Source of the DNA: a virus
Taxonomy: Duplodnaviria; Caudoviricetes
IMG/VR virus record: IMGVR_UViG_3300037631_006232
Span: 64,001 to 128,000 of that record
Strand: one strand, 5' to 3'
DNA length: 64,000 bases
Below the pieces are notes generated by a model. The model worked only from the letters and a program-made list of their open reading frames with translations. It ran no database searches and was not told where the DNA came from. A program made the position numbers and the translations under genes. Of the stretch, positions 40,124-48,799 are shown piece by piece (position 1 is the stretch's first letter; each line of letters begins with the position of its first letter).

Positions 40124-40201
40124 TTATTTACCTTTAGGGGTATTTCCACGACCACCACCTGAAGAGTTGCCGGTAGAAGAAGGATAGTTTGGATTACTCA
40201 T
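40124..40201 (-). CDS. 25-aa micropeptide MSNPNYPSSTGNSSGGGRGNTPKGK
   Basis: CAGGAGA RBS at correct spacing; lies between two tRNAs. Confidence 0.55.
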   Translation of the reverse strand: MSNPNYPSSTGNSSGGGRGNTPKGK

Positions 40202-40349
40202 AGTAAATCTCCTGTTCTATTCTGTTTAGCTCTCAAGTGTAGTGAGGGTCTTAGGTCTGAGAGATTAACCCACCGCATTATTTTGTTACTTAGTATTCTA
40301 CGCTTCGGGCTTTTACGAGAACACTGTCTTCCTAGGAAGCGGTATTATT

Positions 40350-40422
40350 TACACTCAACAGGGCTCGAACCTGCGACACCCACTTTAGGAAAGTGGTGCT
40401 CTTCCGACTGAGCTATAAGTGC
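40350..40422 (-). tRNA. tRNA-Arg (CCT)
   Basis: Cloverleaf with CCACT-TTCCTAA-AGTGG anticodon arm and GGTTCGAGCC T-arm. Confidence 0.9.
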
Positions 40423-40451
40423 TTGCTCATATCTAACATAGATACTATAAT
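40423..40451 (+). promoter_or_regulatory. Near-consensus sigma70 promoter
   Basis: TTGCTC-N17-TATAAT upstream of 40489. Confidence 0.65.
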
Positions 40452-40488
40452 ATAAGTATACCGTCAATACTTAATACAGGTGCTTTAT

Positions 40489-40986
40489 ATGAATTCTACT
40501 ACAGATATCGAAGCTATGGTAAAGCAGGCCAATATACTTAAAAGGTTAGCGGCTACTGCTACGGGAGGCTTAAAAGGAGCAGGTAAAGGTGCTCTATTAG
40601 GGGGAGCTCTTGCTATACCTATTGCTTTGGCTACCGGTATGGGTTTGCCCGCTGCTTTAGGCGCTGGAGGTGCTGGTATGTTTTCTGGAGCTAAAGCTAC
40701 GGGGGGCTTTATGGGAACTACTTCGGCGTTACGCAACTTATTTAGTAGAGCACCTAAAAATTTAGCTGCATCAACTACTAAGAATATTACTCAAAATCTA
40801 GCAAAGAAAGTCCCTGCCCACTTAGCGATACCTAGAGGTTTACCTCTTATTGCGGGTGCTGGTTTGGGGTATGCTTTAAGCGATGATGACAATAAATTTC
40901 TAGGTTCTAGCCTAGGAGCTATTGCTGGATTAGCCGCTAGGCCCGCTTTAGTTAAAGCGTTAGAGCGAAGAGCCGCAAGAGGTTAA
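40489..40986 (+). CDS. KxA/Gly-zipper putative virion protein
   Basis: VKQAN followed by multiple GxxxG segments. Confidence 0.7.
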   Translation: MNSTTDIEAMVKQANILKRLAATATGGLKGAGKGALLGGALAIPIALATGMGLPAALGAGGAGMFSGAKATGGFMGTTSALRNLFSRAPKNLAASTTKNITQNLAKKVPAHLAIPRGLPLIAGAGLGYALSDDDNKFLGSSLGAIAGLAARPALVKALERRAARG

Positions 40987-40989
40987 ACT

Positions 40990-41679
40990 ATGAAGTCCAT
41001 TTTAGATAGTTTAAGAAAAGGTTTTAGGTCTCAAAAAGCCAAGAGCTTAGCAGGTCTAAGTTTAGACTCGGGTCTTTCACTGGCCCAAGCTAAATATCTA
41101 GATGGGTTTTTTACCAATTTAAGTAAACCTTCTGGTCCTAAGTCAGATCTAGTAAGTAAATTTACTTACGCTAAGAACGTTTTACCCAACACTTTAAAAG
41201 GTGGTAAGCAGGACGCAGCAACTATAGCGGCCGGTTTAGCTAGTTACGGCTTATTTAATTCTACTCCACTAAGGTACGGAGGTGCCGCAAGTAAGCCTTT
41301 TCTTACTTCTATTCTTAATATGGGTAAGGCCATAGATCCTGTGTTAGGAAGTACGTCGTTAGCTAATAATCCTAGATTATTACAAGGCGTTTCTGCCTTG
41401 CATAAGCCGGGAGCCGCACTACTAACCGCACCTATGTCTTGGACTGCTAAAGGGTTGGATTCGGCATTAGGTACTAAGCTAGTTGCTTTAATGCAAGCTA
41501 ATCCAAAAACAGCCTTACTCCTTGCAGGAGGTACGGGGGCGTTAGCAATACCTAGACTTCTTCGTGGTGCCTCCAAAGGGTTTTCTAATATGGCCACCTC
41601 TAGACGAATCAAACAACTACAAAAAGGTATTGCCCCTAAAAAATATAAAGGCATTGCCCAACAATACGGTTTAAAATAA
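40990..41679 (+). CDS. Basic Gly/Ala/Leu-rich protein
   Basis: In operon; hydrophobic segments. Confidence 0.7.
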   Translation: MKSILDSLRKGFRSQKAKSLAGLSLDSGLSLAQAKYLDGFFTNLSKPSGPKSDLVSKFTYAKNVLPNTLKGGKQDAATIAAGLASYGLFNSTPLRYGGAASKPFLTSILNMGKAIDPVLGSTSLANNPRLLQGVSALHKPGAALLTAPMSWTAKGLDSALGTKLVALMQANPKTALLLAGGTGALAIPRLLRGASKGFSNMATSRRIKQLQKGIAPKKYKGIAQQYGLK

Positions 41680-41691
41680 GGAGATCGTTAC

Positions 41692-42135
41692 ATGCAAAAA
41701 GTAGCTAATTTTATTAATTTTTTTAGTGCCTTAGGAGCTCAAGCAGCTTTAGATGGTAATCAACCACATATTAAAACTGCTTTTCTTAAAAGACTTATAC
41801 CCAAATCTAGAGGCGGTAGAGTAGCTTTGGGACTAGGTGCTTTAGGAGCAGGTGTCGCAGGTATGCGGGCTTCCAGAGAAGAGCCTTCTACTTTAGATAA
41901 TATGCTAGATGGTGGTAAAGAGATGCTAAGTGACATGAGTCCTGAAGAAATTATGGGTTACATAAACCTAGCCAGATCTATGCAAGATCCTCAAGCTGCT
42001 ATGATGGGTTACTCAGCACCTGGAGCTATGGACTATGCTATGCCTATGGATCCGCAAGAATCTATGGGGTACAGCGCTGATATGAGTCCTGAAGAATATA
42101 ATCAGTACTTAGATTACTATGGCTCTCAAGGCTAA
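41692..42135 (+). CDS. KxA/Gly-zipper protein with acidic Met-rich tail
   Basis: QKVAN, LGAQAAL, IKTAF; DMSPEE occurs twice; AGGAG RBS. Confidence 0.75.
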   Translation: MQKVANFINFFSALGAQAALDGNQPHIKTAFLKRLIPKSRGGRVALGLGALGAGVAGMRASREEPSTLDNMLDGGKEMLSDMSPEEIMGYINLARSMQDPQAAMMGYSAPGAMDYAMPMDPQESMGYSADMSPEEYNQYLDYYGSQG

Positions 42136-42188
42136 GCTAATTACAGCTAGCAACATTACACTTTGTAATTTTTTAATATCATCATCAG

Positions 42189-42503
42189 TCATCTTCTTGT
42201 AGTACCTGTAAGATGTAAGGATTCGTGTGTACGCATTGCGTTCCTAACCTCATTCAAGGTAGTGCTCATGTTTTCTAAGGTGACCTGAATCTTACCTAAC
42301 ATTGCAGCATTTTTACTAACTAATCCTTTAACCTTAGATAATTCGTCTTCTTGCTTAGCGACTTTTTCTTGAAGTATTTTTATGCTCTGAGCTTGTATAG
42401 CACGTTCTACTTCTAGAGTGTTTAACCAAAATAAGGTGGGTATTATCATCATACTTAAAATCTTGGCTACCCATTCTAAGGCTATTGTAAGATTAGAGTT
42501 CAT
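42189..42503 (-). CDS. N-terminal TM plus coiled-coil protein (holin-like?)
   Basis: Single TM followed by coiled coil. Confidence 0.55.
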   Translation of the reverse strand: MNSNLTIALEWVAKILSMMIIPTLFWLNTLEVERAIQAQSIKILQEKVAKQEDELSKVKGLVSKNAAMLGKIQVTLENMSTTLNEVRNAMRTHESLHLTGTTRR

Positions 42504-42543
42504 AAGGTATTGTCTCCGTACACGTTTTTATAGGCGGTAAGAT

Positions 42544-42990
42544 ATGTTTATAACAAAACAATTAATGGATTGCACTTGGTACCTAAAAAAAGAACTTGGG
42601 CTAAACCATAAATGGGCTTTCTCAAGTGCTTTTGAGCTTAGCGCTATGTCTAAGCCATTTACTTTAATTATACACACTCCAGAGTCACCTTTTAAACCTT
42701 GGAGTAAATATAATGTAAAAAATGTATGTGCTTACTTTATACACCTATCCAGAGATGCGGAGGGTGTTCTAGCGGAGTCGTTGGTTAACGCAGTTCTTAA
42801 ACTCAGAAAACTAGAACGTGAGTGTACGCGGATTGATCTAAGTAGCTTAGCTAACATTAGAGGCGGAGAATTAGTTTACTATGTACTAAGCTACTATGCT
42901 ACTAGTCAAGATTGTGTTGACTATGCTTCTGACATGGATTCCTACAATACTTACTCACACTTACCTAGTTGGGGCTTGCCTCCTATATAA
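42544..42990 (+). CDS. Hypothetical protein
   Basis: 148-aa ORF. Confidence 0.65.
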   Translation: MFITKQLMDCTWYLKKELGLNHKWAFSSAFELSAMSKPFTLIIHTPESPFKPWSKYNVKNVCAYFIHLSRDAEGVLAESLVNAVLKLRKLERECTRIDLSSLANIRGGELVYYVLSYYATSQDCVDYASDMDSYNTYSHLPSWGLPPI

Positions 42991-43050
42991 ACTCTGGTAG
43001 CTAAAGAAAAAGGTTAAGAAAGAAGGATAGAGAAATAGAGAAATAGAGTA

Positions 43051-43602
43051 TTATCCTAAGATGAATACTTCTTTCTCTGTATTGTTTCTTAAGGTGATCG
43101 CAACGCAACCACCTCTCTTTTTGGAGCCTTTGACTATTATGAAATCTTCGCCGGTTTTTCGAAACTCCTTTAAGGAATAGGCCATGCTAATATTAGTAAT
43201 AGTATGTTCCTTAAAGGTGTCATCCTTCTTGATAAAAGAAGTGATATCTTCTACCGTCAAAGGACCCTTCTTCTTTTTGCCCTTCAATCGATCCTTGAAT
43301 CGTTGAAGGTCTTCTTTTTCCTGGTCGGACAGGGTTGGAGCAGGTTTCAAAGGTGGGGGAGGAGGCTCCGATTTCTCAGGAGTCTCTACCTTTTCAACCT
43401 TCTTCTCCTTCACCTTCTTCTCCTTCTTCTCAGAAGGAGAAAAGGAAATAGAAACTGAAAGCATAAAGAATAGAAAAACTAAAATTATTAGAAATTTAGA
43501 TTCCGGTTCTTTTACTGCAAGCGCGGCGCATAAAGGGTTAAAAGCAATGACGCCCATAGTTAGGGCGCCTACAATACCAATTAAGTGTCGTAGTGAGTTC
43601 AT
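43051..43602 (-). CDS. 2TM membrane protein with K/E/P-rich linker (cassette gene)
   Basis: AAGGAG RBS, phage promoter upstream. Confidence 0.8.
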   Translation of the reverse strand: MNSLRHLIGIVGALTMGVIAFNPLCAALAVKEPESKFLIILVFLFFMLSVSISFSPSEKKEKKVKEKKVEKVETPEKSEPPPPPLKPAPTLSDQEKEDLQRFKDRLKGKKKKGPLTVEDITSFIKKDDTFKEHTITNISMAYSLKEFRKTGEDFIIVKGSKKRGGCVAITLRNNTEKEVFILG

Positions 43603-43662
43603 AAATACTCCTTATGAAAAGTTTACTACTGAGACTTTCAGAACCATTCTGGTAGCCTCATA

Positions 43663-43696
43663 TACTTATGCCATAAAGGAGGTACCTATTTGCGTG
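43663..43696 (-). promoter_or_regulatory. Conserved phage promoter
   Basis: CACGCAAA-N15-TGGCATAAGTA. Confidence 0.8.
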
Positions 43697-43710
43697 CTTA
43701 TCCCCTACCC

Positions 43711-43739
43711 TAGCCATCTAAGGGATGTTTTACTATACT
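43711..43739 (+). promoter_or_regulatory. sigma70-like promoter
   Basis: TAGCCA-N17-TATACT upstream of 43759. Confidence 0.45.
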
Positions 43740-43758
43740 TGTAGTAAAGGAGATTACT

Positions 43759-44142
43759 ATGAACGATTTACAAAGATATTATGCCGAGCTAGGTGTTATA
43801 CAAGCTTGTAAGGAAGCAGGGCTTACTAAAGAAGCTAACTTTTTAAAGAACCTATTGAAAAAAATTATGCCTAGCGGCCCTAGGCAGATAGCTTTAAGGT
43901 CCGCACCTAAAGCCCCTATTTCTGCTTTAGCTAAATTAAATAAGCCTCTAGTTTCTATAGCGGATGCTGGATTGATATCTAGTGGAACTGCTGCGGGGGC
44001 TTACAAAGGCGGTAAAATCTTACCCAACCTTTTGCCCGAGCAATATGATAATGAGATAAGTCAGCAAATTATGAAGTATCTAGGAAATCTAAGCGGCGGA
44101 GCGTTAGGTTATAAAAAGGCTAGGAAACTTATAAAGAAGTGA
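43759..44142 (+). CDS. KxA/Gly-zipper putative virion protein
   Basis: YAELGVIQAC leader followed by TKEANF; AAGGAG RBS. Confidence 0.75.
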   Translation: MNDLQRYYAELGVIQACKEAGLTKEANFLKNLLKKIMPSGPRQIALRSAPKAPISALAKLNKPLVSIADAGLISSGTAAGAYKGGKILPNLLPEQYDNEISQQIMKYLGNLSGGALGYKKARKLIKK

Positions 44143-44149
44143 GGTCCTA

Positions 44150-44446
44150 ATGATTAGTTTAAATGTTTTAGCAAAAGCTGCTTCTAGCGTAGCCGAATAT
44201 AAAGTATATGTAATTAGCGCCGCTGCTATTATAGCGCTGATTAGTTCTGTATGGGTTAGGTGCGATAACGAAAAAACAAATCGCTTACTAGGTACCTCTA
44301 CTGGCGAGGTTATCCAAGCACAAGAAACTTTAGAGGCCATAGATTCTGCTGCAAAAAAAATTACAATACCTACTAAAAAAGAAGTAGTCGGCAAGAACAA
44401 ACCAAAGAATGCTAAGGAGCAGGATAATGATTCGGCGACTTTTTAG
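44150..44446 (+). CDS. N-terminal TM protein (possible lysis accessory)
   Basis: One TM segment and charged tail; overlaps next gene. Confidence 0.6.
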   Translation: MISLNVLAKAASSVAEYKVYVISAAAIIALISSVWVRCDNEKTNRLLGTSTGEVIQAQETLEAIDSAAKKITIPTKKEVVGKNKPKNAKEQDNDSATF

Positions 44447-44936
44447 TATACTAGTAATTGCTAGTCTTATAGCTATGCCTAAGGTAGAGGCTAACGTTTG
44501 TTTACCTGGAGAAGGTATGTGGATTTCTAGTGGCGGCACTCAAACTTGTAAGCCTTGCCCTAAGAAACATGACTACAAAGATGGGTTAGCATTAAAAATG
44601 CCTCTTAGTTGTATGGCTCCTATAACAGGAGCTTTACTAAGTGTTGGGGACTATAACTCTTTAAAAGATACTAGGGATTACGCAGCTAGCTTAGAGCATT
44701 TTAAAGATACCTTAGCCCCTAATTTAAAAAAACTTCAAGCAGGGTTGTCCTTAGCTAGGCTTGATTTGGAGAAGAGTATTATTAAACAGCAACTTCTTAT
44801 TAACGAGCTAACCATAGTTAAGATTGAAAGAGAAGAGTATAGAACCTCTCATAGAGTCTACTTTTGGTTGTTGGTAGGTATGAGTGGTTTAGCAGTGGGT
44901 TTAGCGGGCGTACAAGCTTACCAAGTTTTAAGATAG
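44427..44936 (+). CDS. Signal peptide, Cys, coiled coil and C-terminal TM protein (spanin-like?)
   Basis: AAGGAG RBS before ATG 44427; architecture only. Confidence 0.55.
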   Translation: MIRRLFSILVIASLIAMPKVEANVCLPGEGMWISSGGTQTCKPCPKKHDYKDGLALKMPLSCMAPITGALLSVGDYNSLKDTRDYAASLEHFKDTLAPNLKKLQAGLSLARLDLEKSIIKQQLLINELTIVKIEREEYRTSHRVYFWLLVGMSGLAVGLAGVQAYQVLR

Positions 44937-44997
44937 CAGAATGGGATGATTACCAACTTATAGACTTCATCTTACTTTACGGGATAGCTTTTTAACT

Positions 44998-45627
44998 ATG
45001 AAATCTAAAACTAAAAAAATATTAGCTGGAGCCGGAGCAGGTGCTTTAGCCGCGCCAGTAGCTAGTTTAGCTGCAGGACCTGCAGTAGTTAACTTAGCTG
45101 AATCCTTACCGGATTCTAGCCTTAAAGACTACTTTGGAGGATTAGCTGCAGAAATGTCTAGATCCGATCTAGAAGATTTTTTTACTAGGCCTTTTGGGCC
45201 CTTACCTGATAGGCTGAATAGAGTTTTAGAAGGCTACGCTGGAGATGCCTTGCAGAATAAGCACCTGTTTGGGGCTTTGAAAGCCTCGCAACCAGTAGAT
45301 GCTCTGCTAGGTAATACGTCTATCCCGGCCTCTATGCTGTCGGCTGTGGCTGATGAAATGGCTCCTGCTAGTTTAACTAGGGATGCTATAGCGGCTAGCG
45401 TTAAGGATAGGCTTCTTAAAGGTACCGGTGCTTTAGCAAGCGGAGGTGCTGCGACAGGCAGTTTAGTAGGTGCTCTTCTTGCTAGAGGCGGTAAGCAAAA
45501 AGTGCCTTCTAGTTCAGTAGCTAAAGCTATTACTAAATCCCCTGTAGCAGATAGTTTGTTGTCTAAATATTTAAATAAAGCAACAAATACAGATACTTAC
45601 AGAGCTTTATTCTCTAAGTTTATGTAA
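44998..45627 (+). CDS. Gly-zipper protein
   Basis: AGAGAGALA and GALASGGAATGSLVGALL segments. Confidence 0.7.
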   Translation: MKSKTKKILAGAGAGALAAPVASLAAGPAVVNLAESLPDSSLKDYFGGLAAEMSRSDLEDFFTRPFGPLPDRLNRVLEGYAGDALQNKHLFGALKASQPVDALLGNTSIPASMLSAVADEMAPASLTRDAIAASVKDRLLKGTGALASGGAATGSLVGALLARGGKQKVPSSSVAKAITKSPVADSLLSKYLNKATNTDTYRALFSKFM

Positions 45628-45662
45628 GCTAAAAAAACCGTCTCTCACCCGGTTTTCTTTTT
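45627..45662 (-). terminator. Repeated bidirectional hairpin/junction element
   Basis: agctaaaaaaaccgtctctcacccggttttc, near-identical at 47081 and 51930. Confidence 0.8.
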
Positions 45663-45990
45663 AAGGGGTATTGCAGCAGCACTCCTCGAGAGAAACATCC
45701 TCTCGGCAGTTATCCGCATAGCCCATTAGAGTAACTTCTTCAGGGGTTACCTGGAAGAAGGCTACTCTTATAATCCACCGGGCTTTCCCCGGAGGAGCAA
45801 TTTCAACTCCACCCACTTCATAGAAGGTGGCTTTTACTAGGCCACTGTAATTGTCCGGGATGTCTTGTATACAAGGATACCGGAACTCTTTTTTCTTCTT
45901 ATGGAAGAACGAGAGCGATACCCCCGATGCTGGCACCTGTTTTAGCTCCAGAACCTGGTACACTAGCTCATTGTATATAAGTTTATTCAT
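45661..45990 (-). CDS. Hypothetical cassette gene
   Basis: GAGG RBS, promoter upstream. Confidence 0.75.
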   Translation of the reverse strand: MNKLIYNELVYQVLELKQVPASGVSLSFFHKKKKEFRYPCIQDIPDNYSGLVKATFYEVGGVEIAPPGKARWIIRVAFFQVTPEEVTLMGYADNCREDVSLEECCCNTP

Positions 45991-46058
45991 AGCTATACCT
46001 CACAATGAAAAATTAAGAACATCATATAGATAGAATTACCTAGATGATTTGGTTCAAT

Positions 46059-46090
46059 TACTTATGCCAGAAAAGAGAGGTTATTTTGTG
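46059..46090 (-). promoter_or_regulatory. Conserved phage promoter
   Basis: CACAAA-N15-TGGCATAAGTA. Confidence 0.8.
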
Positions 46091-46209
46091 AGCTAAAAAA
46101 ATGTAAATTTAATAGTACAACGAATAAGATTTAGTACTACCAAACAAGGTAAACCTTTGTATATCTTATTCCTTAGCAAGGTTATTAACTAAGGGATCCT
46201 TGAAACTTT

Positions 46210-46998
46210 TTAGTCAAACAGCACGAATTTGCTGTTATGACTTTTTACCAAATTATAATATTTGGTATTATTATCTAATTTAACTACCTTACAGTTTCCT
46301 GTAAGGAATGGCACTGCAGTTTTACCTGCAGTAATAGTATTGTTTTCAAACAAGAAGAACTTGCCCGCAAGGGAGTTCTTCTTAATTTTGAGATCTTCTC
46401 CGGTCGAAAGACCGTTGAAGAGAACAGTGTCTCCTGAGAAACAGGTAACGTGGTAGACACCACCGTCAAGTGCTTCTCCACCTCCATCACCACTACTACA
46501 TAAAGCAGCAATGAGGGCGATAAAGAGGGCGAGGGAGAAGAGGCCGATGATTCGGAAGAATGGAGCGGCCTTACGGCTGATTGCGTCAACTTCCACCACA
46601 GGGGCTTCTGCTTCTGCTCGTTCTTCTGCTTCCACCACAGGGGCTTCTTCTTCCACTACTGGGGCGGAAGCTTCAGCATGAAGTCGGCGAGCTTCATTAA
46701 GAAACTCTTGAAGACGCTCTTGTTCAACTGAGGCTTCAGCTTCCACTTCAGCTGGGGCTTCCACCTCTGGGGCTTCAACTTCCGCCACAGGGGCTTCAGT
46801 TTCAGCTTCCACCACTGGAGCTTCAGTTGGAGCTTCCACCACTAGGGCTTCAGTTTCAGCTGGGGCTTCAGTTTCAGCTTGTTCCATAGCCAGAGCTAAG
46901 TCCTTTTCTAGGTGACGGATAGCCCCTTCATCCTGTGAAGCACGTGCCGCTTTTAAAGCGGTACTTAGAGCCGTAATTAGCAATTCATTATTTGCCAT
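46210..46998 (-). CDS. Membrane-anchored protein with EAPVVE repeats (cassette gene)
   Basis: A/E/P/V repeats, one TM, AAGGAG RBS. Confidence 0.8.
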   Translation of the reverse strand: MANNELLITALSTALKAARASQDEGAIRHLEKDLALAMEQAETEAPAETEALVVEAPTEAPVVEAETEAPVAEVEAPEVEAPAEVEAEASVEQERLQEFLNEARRLHAEASAPVVEEEAPVVEAEERAEAEAPVVEVDAISRKAAPFFRIIGLFSLALFIALIAALCSSGDGGGEALDGGVYHVTCFSGDTVLFNGLSTGEDLKIKKNSLAGKFFLFENNTITAGKTAVPFLTGNCKVVKLDNNTKYYNLVKSHNSKFVLFD

Positions 46999-47036
46999 GA
47001 TGTATACTCCTTTCTGAGTATGTTTTTTGGTTCACA

Positions 47037-47070
47037 TACTTATGCCATAAAAGAGGTACTCTTTTGCGTG
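47037..47070 (-). promoter_or_regulatory. Conserved phage promoter
   Basis: CACGCAAA-N15-TGGCATAAGTA. Confidence 0.8.
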
Positions 47071-47080
47071 CTACTCTCGG

Positions 47081-47118
47081 AGCTAAAAAAACCGTCTCTC
47101 ACCCGGTTTCTTTTTTTT
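47081..47118 (-). terminator. Repeated hairpin/junction element
   Basis: agctaaaaaaaccgtctctcacccggtttc plus T-tract. Confidence 0.8.
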
Positions 47119-47407
47119 ATTTATTACGCTTGTATAGTACTTTTCTCAAAAGAGAAAAGAACCCTTTCAAGGTAAGGTCGAGTGCCCATTCGGCGGGCTG
47201 CGACACCTTACGAGTAGTGTCAATCACATACTCGAACTGCGTTACAGGCCCAGCCTTGCGAGAACGGGTTGGGGGGTTAGGCGGCACTGAGGCCACCGGT
47301 TTGTGGAACTGGGGCTCGAGACCATAGTCTCTTTCCCCAAGTTCGCTATAGCGGACTTCGACCCACTGCTGTAGGTCTTCATCGAAGTAAAATGCTTGTT
47401 CTAACAT
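47117..47407 (-). CDS. Hypothetical cassette gene
   Basis: AAGGAG RBS before ATG 47407. Confidence 0.75.
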   Translation of the reverse strand: MLEQAFYFDEDLQQWVEVRYSELGERDYGLEPQFHKPVASVPPNPPTRSRKAGPVTQFEYVIDTTRKVSQPAEWALDLTLKGFFSLLRKVLYKRNK

Positions 47408-47458
47408 AAGAACTCCTTGTGTGTAAGGGTGAGTGAGCACTATTGCTCTATTATCAAA

Positions 47459-47490
47459 TACTTATGCCACAAAATAGGTAGTGATTTGTG
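47459..47490 (-). promoter_or_regulatory. Conserved phage promoter
   Basis: CACAAA-N15-TGGCATAAGTA. Confidence 0.8.
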
Positions 47491-47524
47491 AGCTAAAGAA
47501 AACCTGCTCTCACCAGGTTTCCTT
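47491..47524 (-). terminator. Repeated hairpin/junction element (variant stem)
   Basis: aaacctg-ctctcac-caggttt; same hairpin at 49468. Confidence 0.75.
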
Positions 47525-47526
47525 GA

Positions 47527-47739
47527 TCAACGGTACTTAGTGTAAGGCACTAAGTCATTACCGTTGTAGTGGTATCCCACCACCTTCCATAGCCGGAGAT
47601 TGGGGGTTAGGGGTGGATAATCCTCAAGAATTAACTTAGCCCCTGTTGGAAGCAAGTTCTCTCCTTTTAGATTTAACGACGGTCCGCAAACAAGCTTAGT
47701 TGCTTGTTGCTTAGTGAGTTTTATATACATATGCTGCAT
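47527..47739 (-). CDS. Hypothetical cassette gene
   Basis: AGGAGAGG RBS. Confidence 0.75.
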   Translation of the reverse strand: MQHMYIKLTKQQATKLVCGPSLNLKGENLLPTGAKLILEDYPPLTPNLRLWKVVGYHYNGNDLVPYTKYR

Positions 47740-47773
47740 ACCTCTCCTTTCTAAGTAGTGTTAGAGGTTCACT

Positions 47774-47806
47774 TACTTATGTCATATACGTACCTTTATT
47801 TGCGTG
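47774..47806 (-). promoter_or_regulatory. Conserved phage promoter
   Basis: CACGCAAA-N14-TGACATAAGTA. Confidence 0.75.
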
Positions 47807-47842
47807 TTTGTGTTTTACTTGTAGAAACCCTATTAAGCTTAA

Positions 47843-48799
47843 ATGAGTGTTAAACTAGAAAGGGATTATTCTATGTATGAAGTAAACACATTCGAAGTTT
47901 CTAGCAGTGCTATCAACAAATTGTGTAAGCACAAAGAATTACCGCTTAGCAGCGTTAAGGAAATGCTGGAAGGTGAGAGCTTTGTTAATTTAACCAACGA
48001 AGCTAATTCACAAAGTGTGCTAGCTCATGTAGAGGCTAGTGAGAAATTGGTTCACGTTAATACTAAGGATATGCAGTTTCAAGGATGGAAACCCAGAGAC
48101 AAGGCGCAGAGCTGTTTTTTTTGGAGTTTAAAGAATAAGGGATTAACTATATGTTTTGGTGCTGCGGGTACTGGAAAGACCAGCATAGCTCTAGCTGCAG
48201 GAGTACAAAGATTATTCAAAGAAGACAAGAAGCTTATACTTTGCAAACCCACCGTGTTTGTGGGTATGAAATCTAATGCTATAGCTGCAGTCCCTGGGGA
48301 TGAAAAAGATAAACTCAGGCCTTACGTAGACTCTTATATGCCTGGTCTAACTAAGCTACTAGGGCGAGATGTGCAGCATTATATATATGAATGGGAAGAG
48401 AAAGGTCTTATAGAGTTTAGGGCTGTAGAACTTATGCGTGGACAACACTTTGAAGACTGTACACTTATACTTGATGAAGCTCAGAACCTTTCGCTACATG
48501 AGCTAGCAAGTGTTTTAAGTAGGGTGGGTGAGAACAGCCATGTGGTTGTGCTAGGCGATCCTGCTCAGATTGATACAAGGAGCCGTTGGCATGATACTGG
48601 TTTATATTTGTTTGCAGATTCTATGTCTATTCACGATTCAGATTTTGTTGGGATGGTTAAGTTGGAAAGCCAATACCGAGGACCAATGGCGGGATTATGC
48701 CAAGAAATACTGGCCGAATATTCTCAGTTAAACGACGAAGCTGACGACGGCTTTATTACTACTCTTCCTCGGTTTGTTGTAGGTAATCAAACTCGTTAG
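47843..48799 (+). CDS. phoH: PhoH family ATPase
   Basis: GAAGTGKT, VPGDEKDK, MRG, LDEAQN, SRVGENS, GDPAQID. Confidence 0.92.
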   Translation: MSVKLERDYSMYEVNTFEVSSSAINKLCKHKELPLSSVKEMLEGESFVNLTNEANSQSVLAHVEASEKLVHVNTKDMQFQGWKPRDKAQSCFFWSLKNKGLTICFGAAGTGKTSIALAAGVQRLFKEDKKLILCKPTVFVGMKSNAIAAVPGDEKDKLRPYVDSYMPGLTKLLGRDVQHYIYEWEEKGLIEFRAVELMRGQHFEDCTLILDEAQNLSLHELASVLSRVGENSHVVVLGDPAQIDTRSRWHDTGLYLFADSMSIHDSDFVGMVKLESQYRGPMAGLCQEILAEYSQLNDEADDGFITTLPRFVVGNQTR

